From positions 1-59,776 of the forward strand of contig CALHAT010000026.1 in assembly GCA_937934285.1 (NCBI GenBank): a stretch of DNA of 59,776 bases. The letters are read 5' to 3'. The DNA is from Minisyncoccota bacterium. Lineage in GTDB: Bacteria; Patescibacteriota; Minisyncoccia; UBA6257; HR35. The notes under the pieces are model-generated. The model was not told the DNA's origin. It did no database searches and was given only the letters and a program-made list of their open reading frames with translations. Shown in pieces: positions 35,770 to 45,567 of the stretch. Made by a program: the position numbers and the translations under genes. Every line of letters starts with the position of its first letter. Position 1 is the first letter of the stretch.

Positions 35770-37304
35770 CTTTTAAACCATTGTTCTATCTTAACGAATC
35801 TTGCGCTGGGTTCAATAATATAAAATTCATTAAAATTATAAATATTTTTGTTTAAAAAATAAAGATATGCTGGATTTAATAAAAAAACATTGGTTTTTAA
35901 TTTAAGAATTTTTTTTTCGATTTCCAAAAGCTCCTCATTCCAATTAATTTTAGGATCGGAAATAATTTTTTGAAAATTTTTTTCTAAATCAATATTTTCT
36001 AAATTATTTAAATTTAAACCCGAAATTGAAAAAAAAGAAACAAGATTAGGCGGATGGGAAAAATTAAGACCCGTCAAGATCATCTCATAATCTTTATTTT
36101 TAATTATTTCTTTCAACATATCATTAGTAACAAACTCTATTTTTAAATTTAATTTATCACGTAAATAGCGGGCGATTTCTGGGTAAAAATAAGAAGAAGC
36201 AGTAATTAAGGTTCTTGTTGCTATTTCTTTAGTTTCGTCTTTGCCAAAATCAAAATCAATTTCTTTAAGGTTAAAAACCTTCCTTAATGTTTTTGAAAAA
36301 ATAGCCGGGCTTTCTTCAGCATAACCTTTGAAAATATCTTTGACCAAAAAATTGCGATTTATATTTTTTTCTAAGTAAACAATTTCTTCAACAGAAACTT
36401 TTTTACTATTACTGAAAATTCCAATCACTCTCGGTAAGACCATCTGATAAACTCGATAATTAAAAAAAAGATTAGATGGTAGATTAAAATAATTAACACC
36501 GGCTAAGCCATCAATTTCTTTTAAAAACAAGCCATCAAAGGCTCTCTTAGGATTAGGATAAATATAGAATATTATTTTATCTAAATAAGCTCTTACTGAA
36601 TAATTTTCATTTCTTTTTAAAATTAAATAAGAAATCGGGTCTGATTTGAGAAAATTATCCACAACAAAAGGACCTGAACCTATTCTCAAAAAATCTGGGA
36701 ATTTCAAATTATTACTAGTGAAAATTTTTTGAGGTAAAGGTTTTAGATATTTTAAATTATAAATAAAATAATTGTCATTATTAACAAGTTTAAATATAAA
36801 TTTCTTTTTATCTATAATCTCCATTTGGATATCTTTAAAAATAGCAGTAATCTCTCCTGGACCGTCTTTTTTTAAAACTTCCAAACCAAAAAATATATCC
36901 TCGGGGGTTAATTCACTACCATCACTCCACCTTAGGTTATCTTTAAGTTCAAAATTATATGTCAAACCATCAGAAGAAGAGTAATAGTTTTTTAAATACT
37001 TAGAAATTAATCGACCGTTATCAAACTCAACAAGCGGAGGGAAGACAATATCTAAAATTGCTTTTTGACTATCATTTTTAGGAAAAACTGGATTTAAAGA
37101 TTCAATTTCTTCATAAAGTCCTTCGCGATAAATACCACCATAGATTGGTTTAGTTGCTGAAATTTCGTTTATTTCTGAATTAGCTAAAAAAATAATAAAA
37201 ATTCCTAAAAAAAATAGTAAAAAAACTAAAAATTTCTCTTGGTTTAAAAGATATTTCTTAATTTTTAAAAAATAAATCTTTATAAAATTTTTCATTCTAA
37301 ACAA
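35766..37304 (-). CDS. Family-5 extracellular solute-binding protein (peptide/nickel type), membrane-anchored
   Basis: GGIYREGLYEEIESLNPVF and YNFELKDNLRWSDGSELTPEDIFFGLE match SBP_bac_5 signatures. No permease or ATPase gene is adjacent. Confidence 0.62.
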   Translation of the reverse strand: MFRMKNFIKIYFLKIKKYLLNQEKFLVFLLFFLGIFIIFLANSEINEISATKPIYGGIYREGLYEEIESLNPVFPKNDSQKAILDIVFPPLVEFDNGRLISKYLKNYYSSSDGLTYNFELKDNLRWSDGSELTPEDIFFGLEVLKKDGPGEITAIFKDIQMEIIDKKKFIFKLVNNDNYFIYNLKYLKPLPQKIFTSNNLKFPDFLRIGSGPFVVDNFLKSDPISYLILKRNENYSVRAYLDKIIFYIYPNPKRAFDGLFLKEIDGLAGVNYFNLPSNLFFNYRVYQMVLPRVIGIFSNSKKVSVEEIVYLEKNINRNFLVKDIFKGYAEESPAIFSKTLRKVFNLKEIDFDFGKDETKEIATRTLITASSYFYPEIARYLRDKLNLKIEFVTNDMLKEIIKNKDYEMILTGLNFSHPPNLVSFFSISGLNLNNLENIDLEKNFQKIISDPKINWNEELLEIEKKILKLKTNVFLLNPAYLYFLNKNIYNFNEFYIIEPSARFVKIEQWFKR

Positions 37305-37500
37305 TTTTCAAAAGAGAAACCAAGACAAAAATCAAAATAAAAATCCATGTTAAATAAAATAATGTTTTCTCCAAACCCCGTCTTTTAAAAAAAAATTCTG
37401 TTTTAGTCCCAAACAAAACACCGCCTTCAGCTCCTCGTTGCTGAAATAAAACCAAAACAATAATTAAAATAGCTGAAAAAATTTGTATTACATCTAACAT
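37297..37500 (-). CDS. secG: Preprotein translocase subunit SecG
   Basis: 67 aa with two TM helices and the LFQQRGAEGGVLFG motif. Confidence 0.65.
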   Translation of the reverse strand: MLDVIQIFSAILIIVLVLFQQRGAEGGVLFGTKTEFFFKRRGLEKTLFYLTWIFILIFVLVSLLKIV

Positions 37501-37522
37501 AAATTAATTATATAATAAAATT

Positions 37523-38827
37523 ATGAATTTTTATAATTCTTTAACAAAAAGAAAGGAAAGTTTGAGACCTTTAAAAAACAATCTGATAAGAATGTATGTT
37601 TGTGGTCCAACTGTTTACGGACCAAGTCATTTAGGTCATGCGGTTACTTATATCAGGTTTGATTTTATTAGAAGGTTTTTAGAATTTTTAGGCTATAAAG
37701 TCAAATTGGTAATAAATATTACTGATATTCATGATGATATTCTAAAAAAATCCCAAGAACTAAAAATTCCTCCTCAAAAATTAGCTGATAAATATACTCA
37801 AGAGTTTTACAAAGATTTAGAAAGTCTAAGAATAAAAAAAGCTTTTAAATATCCAAGAGTAAGTGAAAATTTGAAAGAAATTATTAACTTAATTAAAATT
37901 TTAATTCAAAAGGGATATGCTTATGAAACAAATGACGGGGTTTATTTCGATATTAGTAAATTTAAAAATTACGGCCGACTTTCAGGAATTATAATTGAAA
38001 AAGAACTTACGGGAACAAGAGTAAAAACAGATAAATATGAAAAAGAAGAGGTTTCTGATTTTGCTTTGTGGAAAAAAGAAAATGATAAGTGGCTTTTTAG
38101 CTCTCCGTGGGGCAAAGGCCGACCTGGTTGGCACATTGAATGCTCAGCAATGTCAATAAAGTATTTAGATATGCCCTTTGACCTTCACGGTGGAGCTATT
38201 GATTTAATTTTTCCTCATCATGAAAATGAAATTGCTCAATCCGAAGCTGCTTATGGTAAAAAATTTGTTAATTTCTATCTTCATTCAGGACTTTTATATG
38301 TTAATGGTCAAAAAATGTCAAAATCCTTAGGCAATTATATTGAGCTTCGAGAATTTTTACAAAAATATCCAGCCAGATTTTTGAGATTCTTTGTTTTTCT
38401 TCATCATTACCGTTCACCAATTGATTTTAATGAAAAGAATTTGAAAAATGCCTGGGAGACTTATTTTAATCTAAACGAAAGAATAGTTAAATTAAAGGCT
38501 AAAGAATTCAAAGAAAAAAACTTAAGAAATATTGTTAAAATTTTAGAAGATGACTTTAATTCACCAAAGTTTTTTGCTAAACTTTACGAAATTATTGAAA
38601 AAAACGAAATTTCTCTAAGTAATCTTAAAAACTTAGACAAATTTTTACTTTTTCTTTTTCCTTGGAGAAAATTAACCCCAAAAGAAAAAGCCTTAATTAG
38701 ACAAAGAAACAGATTAAGGCAAGAAAAAAAGTTTGCCCAAGCTGACATAATTCGCCAAAATTTTGAAAAAAAATTTATTTATCTTCAAGATTTAAAAAAT
38801 AAAACTTTAGTTATTAATATAAATTAA
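37523..38827 (+). CDS. cysS: Cysteine--tRNA ligase
   Basis: HLGHA (HIGH) and KMSKS motifs, with GWHIECSAM (zinc site). Confidence 0.92.
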   Translation: MNFYNSLTKRKESLRPLKNNLIRMYVCGPTVYGPSHLGHAVTYIRFDFIRRFLEFLGYKVKLVINITDIHDDILKKSQELKIPPQKLADKYTQEFYKDLESLRIKKAFKYPRVSENLKEIINLIKILIQKGYAYETNDGVYFDISKFKNYGRLSGIIIEKELTGTRVKTDKYEKEEVSDFALWKKENDKWLFSSPWGKGRPGWHIECSAMSIKYLDMPFDLHGGAIDLIFPHHENEIAQSEAAYGKKFVNFYLHSGLLYVNGQKMSKSLGNYIELREFLQKYPARFLRFFVFLHHYRSPIDFNEKNLKNAWETYFNLNERIVKLKAKEFKEKNLRNIVKILEDDFNSPKFFAKLYEIIEKNEISLSNLKNLDKFLLFLFPWRKLTPKEKALIRQRNRLRQEKKFAQADIIRQNFEKKFIYLQDLKNKTLVININ

Positions 38828-39040
38828 GACGGAAATACATCTTTCCATTAAATATAATTTATCTTTGCAATTTTTATATTAATATTTACTTATCAATAAA
38901 ATCTTAAAATACTAAATCTTAAATTTTTAACAAATAATCTAAAATTGCCAGTTAATCTTAGCCGTTAAAACTGATTTAAATAAAATAAAGATTATCAACT
39001 GATAATACCCAAACTATTTTGATTCTAAAAAAATTTAAGT

Positions 39041-39073
39041 CCCTTATATTTCGCGATTGCATGATATAAAGGG
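39041..39073. terminator. Imperfect hairpin between convergent cysS and holA (possible bidirectional terminator)
   Basis: CCCTTATAT (39041-49) pairs with ATATAAAGGG (39064-73) with one bulge and a 14-nt loop containing the TCGCGA palindrome. A/T runs flank both sides. Confidence 0.3.
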
Positions 39074-39109
39074 AAATGGATTTTAAATTCTATTAAAAAA
39101 ATAAAATGC

Positions 39110-40048
39110 TTAAAGGTAATTTTTTTTCGAATCGGTTCTGACTTTATCAGTCAATAAATAATTCAAATAAATATCTTCGGGGATGTCTTTAATGTTTAAA
39201 TAGAATTTCTTTAATTTTCTTTCAGTTTTAGCAATACTTGTTTGAAGCCTTTTAATTTCTTCTACGGAAATATTTTTAGCTATTTTTTCAAGTTTATTCA
39301 AATAAAATGGATTGGCTTTAATTTTTTTGCCATTTTTAATTAAAAAAATTCTTATTAAACTATTAGAGAGAAAGTTTAAAAGTTTTAATATCTCAAAATG
39401 GTCTTTGCTTTTATCTTCTAAAATAAATTTCTTGAGATGATGAATAAACTCTGGCCAATTTCTTTCTAAGAATAAATCATGAATTTTAAAATTATTGGTT
39501 AAAAGCGATAATGTATATTTAAGATATTTATCAAGCGTTCTTTCTTCAAGGGCTGAAATTTTATTCAAGTCCTGAATTAATAAATCAATATTATCATCAT
39601 AGTTTTCGACTAAAAAATTAATCATCGATGGCGATAATTTTATTTTTTTCGCCTTTAAAATTTCAATAATAAAACTCCTCAGCTCTCTTTTACTTTTAGG
39701 ACCAATTCTTTTTATCTCAAACTTAATTTTATTTTTCCTTAAAAGTAGAGTGAATTCAGTAGGTTCGTTGTCACAAATAAAAAAAATGTTTATTTTAGCA
39801 TCTTTAATAATTAAAACAAGTTTCCTTAAATCTTCGTTTTTTAATCTGTCGACATTTTTAATAATTAAATCAAATTTTTTGCCGATTAATTTCTGGTTCA
39901 ATTTTTTTTGTAAATCTAAAAAAAATTCCTTAGAGTCTTTATTAAAACTAAGATAAGTATTTTTTTGTGAAATTTCGTTTATTTTTTCCTCAATTAATGT
40001 TATGTTTTTACCAATAAGAAAATAAATATGTCCTTTTTCGCCCACCAT
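39110..40048 (-). CDS. holA: DNA polymerase III delta subunit-like protein
   Basis: N-terminal HIYFLIGKNITLIEEKINEI pattern, about 310 aa, helical C-terminal half. The call rests on pattern and length only. Confidence 0.5.
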   Translation of the reverse strand: MVGEKGHIYFLIGKNITLIEEKINEISQKNTYLSFNKDSKEFFLDLQKKLNQKLIGKKFDLIIKNVDRLKNEDLRKLVLIIKDAKINIFFICDNEPTEFTLLLRKNKIKFEIKRIGPKSKRELRSFIIEILKAKKIKLSPSMINFLVENYDDNIDLLIQDLNKISALEERTLDKYLKYTLSLLTNNFKIHDLFLERNWPEFIHHLKKFILEDKSKDHFEILKLLNFLSNSLIRIFLIKNGKKIKANPFYLNKLEKIAKNISVEEIKRLQTSIAKTERKLKKFYLNIKDIPEDIYLNYLLTDKVRTDSKKNYL

Positions 40049-40339
40049 TTATTTTACCGCTTCTTTGAGATCCTTAGCTGGAGTAAAACGAGGAACCCGC
40101 GTAGCGGGTACATGAACTTTTTCGCCGGTTTTAGGATTAAGCGCCACTCTTTCTTTTCTTTCTCTAACTTTAAACGTGCCTAAACCAGCAATTTTTACCT
40201 TATAGCCGCTTTTGAGATTTCGTGTAATTTCTTCAGTAAGGAAATTTAGAATTTCAATCGCTTCTTTTTTTGTCAAATTAAATTTTTCGACCATTTTTTG
40301 AGCTAAATCTTTTGCCTTAACGATAGTACCTTTTGCCAT
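40049..40339 (-). CDS. hup: HU/IHF-family DNA-binding protein
   Basis: GLGTFKVRERKERVALNPKTGEKVHVPATRVPRFTPAKDLK, the beta-arm with conserved Pro. Confidence 0.9.
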   Translation of the reverse strand: MAKGTIVKAKDLAQKMVEKFNLTKKEAIEILNFLTEEITRNLKSGYKVKIAGLGTFKVRERKERVALNPKTGEKVHVPATRVPRFTPAKDLKEAVK

Positions 40340-40431
40340 TATTGTAAAAAATAATTTCTTAAAAACGACCGCTATTTATTACCTAATTTCATTATACGAA
40401 ATTTTCTCAAAAAATAAAAATTTAAAAATTT

Positions 40432-41943
40432 TTAGCGAGCATATTCAACAGCCCTATTTTCCCTAACAACAACAACCTTAATTTCTCCAGGATACTTAAG
40501 TTCTTTTTCGATTTTTTGGGCTATTTCTTTAGCTAATTTATATATTTCTAAATCGCTTACTTTATCAGCGGTAACAAAAACTCTTAACTCTCTACCACCC
40601 GAAATAGCAAAACTTTTCTCCACCCCTTCAAATGAAGATGCAATCCTTTCCAGATCCTGGAGTCTTTGAAGATAAATTTCGGTTGTTTCTCGTCTGGCTC
40701 CTAACCGATGAGAAGAAATAATATCGGCGGTCAAAACAATATATGCTTCCGGAATTGCAAAAGGATAAGTTTCATGATGAGATCTCATAGCCAAAATAAC
40801 TTTCTCTTCGATGTTATATCTTTCTAAAATTTTAATTCCTATCTCTAAATGATTACCCTCTAAAGCATGAGTAGCGGATTTGCCAATATCATGTAAAAAA
40901 CCGGCTTTTTTGGCAACCGCAGTGTCTAAACCAAGTTCCTCAGCAATCATTCTAGAAAAAGTGGCAACCTCGATCGAATGTTGAAGAACATTTTGACCAT
41001 AGGAATAACGAAATTTTAAACTGCCCATAAGGACCATTATCTCCGGTGGCAAATCAAAAATACCTAATTCATAAGAAGCATTCTTACCTGCTTCCTCAAT
41101 GACTCTATTAATCTCTTCTTTAGCTTCTTGGATTTTTTCTTCAATAGTCGCGGGGTTAATTCTTCCATCTTTGATTAACTTTTCTAAAGCAAGTCGTGCT
41201 GTTTCTCTTCGTACTGGATCGAAAGAAGATAAAATTACTAAATCGGGTGTTTCGTCAATAATTATTTCTACTCCAGTTAAATTTTCGAAATGTTTAATAT
41301 TTCTGCCTTCTTTACCAATAATTCTACCTTTCATTTCTTCATTAGGCAAAGAAACGGTCGTGGTTGTTATTTCGCTTACAACTGAACGAGCATAACGAGG
41401 TAAAGATTCATAAAGAATATTTCTAATTTCTTGGTTTAAGATTTCATCGCCCTTTTGTTTTATCTTAATTATTCTTGTTAAAATCTCATTTTCATTTTCT
41501 TTCTCAATCTTTTCAAATAAAATTTTCAGTGCTTCTTCTTTTGTAAAACCACTAATCTTTTCTAAGGATTCTTCTAAAAATCTTTCTTTTTCTTCTAAAT
41601 TTTTACTTTTCTCTTCAATATCTTTTATTTTTTCAGTCAAGTTTTTTTCCCTTTCAATTAAAGTTATTTCTCTTTCATCTAAAAATCTTTCCCTGTGATT
41701 AACTCTTTCTTCTTTTTGTAAAACCTCGGTCAAAATTTTTTCTCTTTCCTTTTTGGCTTCATCAATAATTAAAACTGACTTTTCTCGTGCTTCCTTAATT
41801 AAATTCTCCGCCTCAATTTTTTTTGCTTGTAAATTCTCTTCTGTTTCCTTCTCAATTTTTTCTTGTCTTTTTTGAACAAAAAATTGTCCTAATAAAAAAC
41901 CACTCAAAAAACTAATCAAAAGAATAATAATAAAATTAATCAT
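40432..41943 (-). CDS. rny: Ribonuclease Y
   Basis: N-terminal TM helix, long coiled coil, KH domain (IGKEGRNIKHFE) and HD domain (GFLHDIGK). Confidence 0.92.
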   Translation of the reverse strand: MINFIIILLISFLSGFLLGQFFVQKRQEKIEKETEENLQAKKIEAENLIKEAREKSVLIIDEAKKEREKILTEVLQKEERVNHRERFLDEREITLIEREKNLTEKIKDIEEKSKNLEEKERFLEESLEKISGFTKEEALKILFEKIEKENENEILTRIIKIKQKGDEILNQEIRNILYESLPRYARSVVSEITTTTVSLPNEEMKGRIIGKEGRNIKHFENLTGVEIIIDETPDLVILSSFDPVRRETARLALEKLIKDGRINPATIEEKIQEAKEEINRVIEEAGKNASYELGIFDLPPEIMVLMGSLKFRYSYGQNVLQHSIEVATFSRMIAEELGLDTAVAKKAGFLHDIGKSATHALEGNHLEIGIKILERYNIEEKVILAMRSHHETYPFAIPEAYIVLTADIISSHRLGARRETTEIYLQRLQDLERIASSFEGVEKSFAISGGRELRVFVTADKVSDLEIYKLAKEIAQKIEKELKYPGEIKVVVVRENRAVEYAR

Positions 41944-41995
41944 AGTAAATAAAATTTTAATCGAAAACCTCTTTTAATTATAATATATTTTTACA

Positions 41996-43555
41996 ATGAC
42001 TACCAAAAGACGAATTTGCTTTTTAATTTTAGATGGTTTAGGAGAGGGACCTCTGATAAGTAGTAACCCTCAACGATGGGCGAAGTTAAAAAATTTTGAT
42101 TATTTTAAAAAAAATTACCCCTTTTGTCTCTTGGCATCTGCGGGTATTCCTATTGGCTTGCCATCGTATGAAGCGCCTAATTGTGAGTTAGCCCATTTAA
42201 CTATAGGTACTGGGATGGTTCACTATAAAAACTGGCTTAGAATAAATTTAGCTATAGAAAATGGTGAATTTTATAAAAACAGAACTCTTCAAGAGGTTTT
42301 TCAACATTGCTCCAAATTTAACTCTCGATTACATTTAATAGGCTTAATAAGCGAATCTAAAAATGAAACAGATATTAATCATCTTTTTGCTATTTTAAAA
42401 TTAGCTCAATCTTTAAATTTTAAAAATATCTATTTTCATTTTATTACTGACGGCATTGATTCCTGGCCAAAATCGGCATCTAATTTAATACAAAATTTCT
42501 TAAAAGAAATTCGAAAACAAAATTATCCAGGAGAAATTGCTACTTTATGTGGTAGGTATTATGCCTTAGACGAAACCAGGAATTACACTTTAAGAACTCA
42601 AAAATATTTTTTATTAATAGTTGAAGGGATTGGCACTGAAATTAAAAACCCTCTTGATTTCTTAAAAAATAAATACAATGATGAGAATTTTAAAGATGAT
42701 ATTTTAGAACCTATAATTATCAACAAAGAGGGCATTATTAGAGATAACGATGCGATTTTATTTTTCCATTTTGAAAATAAAAGTATTGTTCAATTGGCTA
42801 ATGCTTTTTTAAATCCTATATTTAAAGAATTTTCTCGACCCCCAAGAAAAAATCTTTTTATTGCTTCCTTTACTAGATATTTAGATTTTAATTACCCCGT
42901 TCTTTTTGAAGAAAAAAAAATTTTAACTAATTTGAGTAGGATTTTATCAGAAAATAATCTAACTCAATTAAAGATCACCGATGTTTCTCGAGAAAAACTT
43001 TTAAAAGATTACTTTAACGGTTTTATTCAAGAGGCGCATTATAAAGAAATTTATAAAATATTTCCAGCCTTTAGTTCTGATCCTGAAGAATTAGACAAAC
43101 AAAGTATTGATTTTATAAATAATTTAGTTTTTATTTTGCAAAAAAGTGATTTTAATTTTATTTTGGTTAATTTCCCCATTTTAGATATTATAGGTCATAA
43201 AGGGGATTTTAAGCTCGCTGTTGCTTTTTTAGAAAAAGTTGATCAATTAATAGAGATTATTTACAAGACCTGTTTTGAAAAAGATTATTTGCTTATTATT
43301 ACTTCTGATCACGGTAATATTGAACAAGTTATTGACCCTAGAACATCTAAAAAAGATATTCAGCATAATCTTAATCCTGTCCCCTTTTATTTAATTGATA
43401 AAAACAGAAAAAGAGAGAAAACAACTACAGAATTAAACTTTTATTCTAAAAAAATCTTAGGTTCATTAGTTGATATTGCACCTACGATTTTAGATATTTT
43501 TAACATATCTCCGCCAAGAGAATTTGAAGGCAAAAGTCTCTTAAGATATTTTTAA
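41996..43555 (+). CDS. gpmI: 2,3-bisphosphoglycerate-independent phosphoglycerate mutase
   Basis: FLILDGLGEG, ITDGIDS and ITSDHGNIE motifs, with a length near 520 aa. Confidence 0.85.
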   Translation: MTTKRRICFLILDGLGEGPLISSNPQRWAKLKNFDYFKKNYPFCLLASAGIPIGLPSYEAPNCELAHLTIGTGMVHYKNWLRINLAIENGEFYKNRTLQEVFQHCSKFNSRLHLIGLISESKNETDINHLFAILKLAQSLNFKNIYFHFITDGIDSWPKSASNLIQNFLKEIRKQNYPGEIATLCGRYYALDETRNYTLRTQKYFLLIVEGIGTEIKNPLDFLKNKYNDENFKDDILEPIIINKEGIIRDNDAILFFHFENKSIVQLANAFLNPIFKEFSRPPRKNLFIASFTRYLDFNYPVLFEEKKILTNLSRILSENNLTQLKITDVSREKLLKDYFNGFIQEAHYKEIYKIFPAFSSDPEELDKQSIDFINNLVFILQKSDFNFILVNFPILDIIGHKGDFKLAVAFLEKVDQLIEIIYKTCFEKDYLLIITSDHGNIEQVIDPRTSKKDIQHNLNPVPFYLIDKNRKREKTTTELNFYSKKILGSLVDIAPTILDIFNISPPREFEGKSLLRYF

Positions 43556-43557
43556 AA

Positions 43558-44817
43558 ATGCTTAAAATAAATCTCAGAAACATTCCTTCTCAGCCGGGGG
43601 TTTACCTTTTCAAGGACAAAAAAAATAAAGTTTTATACATTGGTAAAGCTAAAAATTTAAAAAACCGATTTCGACAATATTTTCTTTCGCCCTCCTTTAA
43701 GATCAAAAAACTTTTAGCCGAAGCTATCAAGGTAGAATTTTTAGAGACTGAAAACGAAGCTTTAGCTATTTTTAAAGAAAGTGATCTTATTAAAAAATTC
43801 AACCCTCCCTATAATCAGCTTTTAAGAGATGACACCCGTTATTTTTATCTAATTTTCACTCGAGAAAGATTCCCTAAAATTTTGATCACCCATCAACCGG
43901 AAAAATTTCACTACCAAGAAATTATCGGACCATTTTTTGAAGGTAGTGCTTTAAGAACAATTTTAAAAATAATTAGGAAAAACATCCCTTTTTGTACTTG
44001 CCTGAAAGAACATCAAAAAACTTGTCTTAATGCTTCTTTAGGACTTTGTCCTGGTTTTTGTTGCCAAAAAGAGGTAAGCTTTACCCAAAAAGATATTAAA
44101 AACTATAAAAAGAATTTAAAAATCATCAAAAGAATTTTGACTGGTAATCTTTCTGAGATCAAAAAATCACTTTTAACCCAAATGAAAAAATTGATTGCTG
44201 AAGACAAATTAGTTGAAGCTGAGAAATTAAGAAAGGTTTATTTAGCTATTAAAAAAATTGAGCTTCACCACGGTTTAATCAAAGAAAAAGAAGCTTTTTT
44301 AATTGAACACCAAACCCGAAAAATTTTAATTAAGCTAAAAGAAAAATTTGATTTAGAAAAATTGCCCCATCGAATTGAGGTTATTGATATCTCCCATTTT
44401 GCTGGTAAAGAAGTTGTCGGCATTGTGGTTAATTTTCTCGATGGTGTTTATGAACCTTCGCTTTTAAGAAAATTTAAAATTAAAACAAATTTTAAGACTG
44501 ATGATCCGCGAATGATTTATGAGGTTTTAAAAAGAAGATTAAAACATAAAGAATGGGGATATCCGGATCTTATTTTGGTTGATGGTGGCAAAATTCAATT
44601 CAAATTTGCTCTCAAAGCCGTCAGTGAAAGCAATTTAAAAATTAAAGTTATTGCTTTAGCCAAACCTAAAGAAAATGTTTATTATGATTTTGAAAAAGAA
44701 CCTTTTCATTTAGAAGAAGATAAAGAATTAAGGGATTTTATCTTAGCCCTGGACAAAAAAGCTCATCAGAAGGTTATCAGCTATCATCGTCAACAAAGAG
44801 AGAAACTTAAAGCTTAG
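43558..44817 (+). CDS. uvrC: Excinuclease ABC subunit C, short form lacking the C-terminal HhH region
   Basis: GIY-YIG domain (GVYLFKDKKNKVLYIGKAKNLKNRFRQY), a UVR-like helix and the endonuclease domain (IEVIDISHFAG...DGGKIQ). It ends at 419 aa. Confidence 0.8.
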   Translation: MLKINLRNIPSQPGVYLFKDKKNKVLYIGKAKNLKNRFRQYFLSPSFKIKKLLAEAIKVEFLETENEALAIFKESDLIKKFNPPYNQLLRDDTRYFYLIFTRERFPKILITHQPEKFHYQEIIGPFFEGSALRTILKIIRKNIPFCTCLKEHQKTCLNASLGLCPGFCCQKEVSFTQKDIKNYKKNLKIIKRILTGNLSEIKKSLLTQMKKLIAEDKLVEAEKLRKVYLAIKKIELHHGLIKEKEAFLIEHQTRKILIKLKEKFDLEKLPHRIEVIDISHFAGKEVVGIVVNFLDGVYEPSLLRKFKIKTNFKTDDPRMIYEVLKRRLKHKEWGYPDLILVDGGKIQFKFALKAVSESNLKIKVIALAKPKENVYYDFEKEPFHLEEDKELRDFILALDKKAHQKVISYHRQQREKLKA

Positions 44818-45064
44818 CTAATAATTTAGCATAATGAGATTTCAAGCGACTAACTTTATTTTTATGCATAAATCTCTTACTGGCTTTATCTAGTTCTTTA
44901 TAAACTATCCTTAGAGCTTCTGAAGCTTTATTTTTATTTTTTTCTTTGATCAGTTTTAGAAAATTCTTAACTGCTAATTTAACTTTTTTTCTTCTCTCCT
45001 CGTTAATTTGCCAATTTCTTTTTGCCTTTTTTAAAGCTCTTTTAGCTGATTTGGTGACTGGCAT
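44807..45064 (-). CDS. rpsT: 30S ribosomal protein S20
   Basis: [17 protein letters not shown]..., a helical basic 85-aa protein. Confidence 0.8.
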   Translation of the reverse strand: MPVTKSAKRALKKAKRNWQINEERRKKVKLAVKNFLKLIKEKNKNKASEALRIVYKELDKASKRFMHKNKVSRLKSHYAKLLAKL

Positions 45065-45561
45065 TATTGAATTTCTTTTTTTAATTCCTCGACTATTTTT
45101 TTAATTTTTTCAGAAAGATTTTGAGGCAATTTAAATTTTATTTTCAGCAAAGTTTTTCTTGAACCTTGATAAAGAGGAATTTCAATTTCTTTTTCCTTTA
45201 AAGCTTCAAGAGGATTAATTTCTAAAGTAACCTCGTTAATATGACTTTTGTGTTCAAAAATATCAAAAATGTCTCTAAATAAATCAAAAATATCTTCACC
45301 AAGAAATTCTCTTCGTAAATAATCCTCTAAATCATCGAAGCCGAAAACGAAAGAGGTTTGGAGTTTTCTTCTTTGATCATATTCGGCTCTTAATTTTTTA
45401 TCGGAAAGAATTCGATAAGCTTCAACAATTTTCTTAAATTTTTCAGCATCACCGCCAGGCCGATCAGGGTGGTATTTTTTAGCTAGCTCTCGGAAAGCTT
45501 TTTTTATTGTCTCATCATCAGCATTCTCGGGAACACCTAAAATTTCATAATAATTTTCCAT
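45064..45561 (-). CDS. J-domain protein (DnaJ N-terminal domain only)
   Basis: YYEILGV...[10 protein letters not shown] is a J domain with HPD. There is no Gly/Phe region, zinc finger or C-terminal substrate domain, and it is only 165 aa. Confidence 0.8.
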   Translation of the reverse strand: MENYYEILGVPENADDETIKKAFRELAKKYHPDRPGGDAEKFKKIVEAYRILSDKKLRAEYDQRRKLQTSFVFGFDDLEDYLRREFLGEDIFDLFRDIFDIFEHKSHINEVTLEINPLEALKEKEIEIPLYQGSRKTLLKIKFKLPQNLSEKIKKIVEELKKEIQ

Positions 45562-45567
45562 TTTAAT

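Noticed and set aside
38828-39109. Replication origin (DnaA boxes) in the long AT-rich spacer
   Set aside because: The TTATCAA-type words have at least 2 mismatches to TTATNCACA. No dnaA or dnaN gene is adjacent. The rpmH-rnpA-yidC origin-proximal cluster lies 18 kb away.
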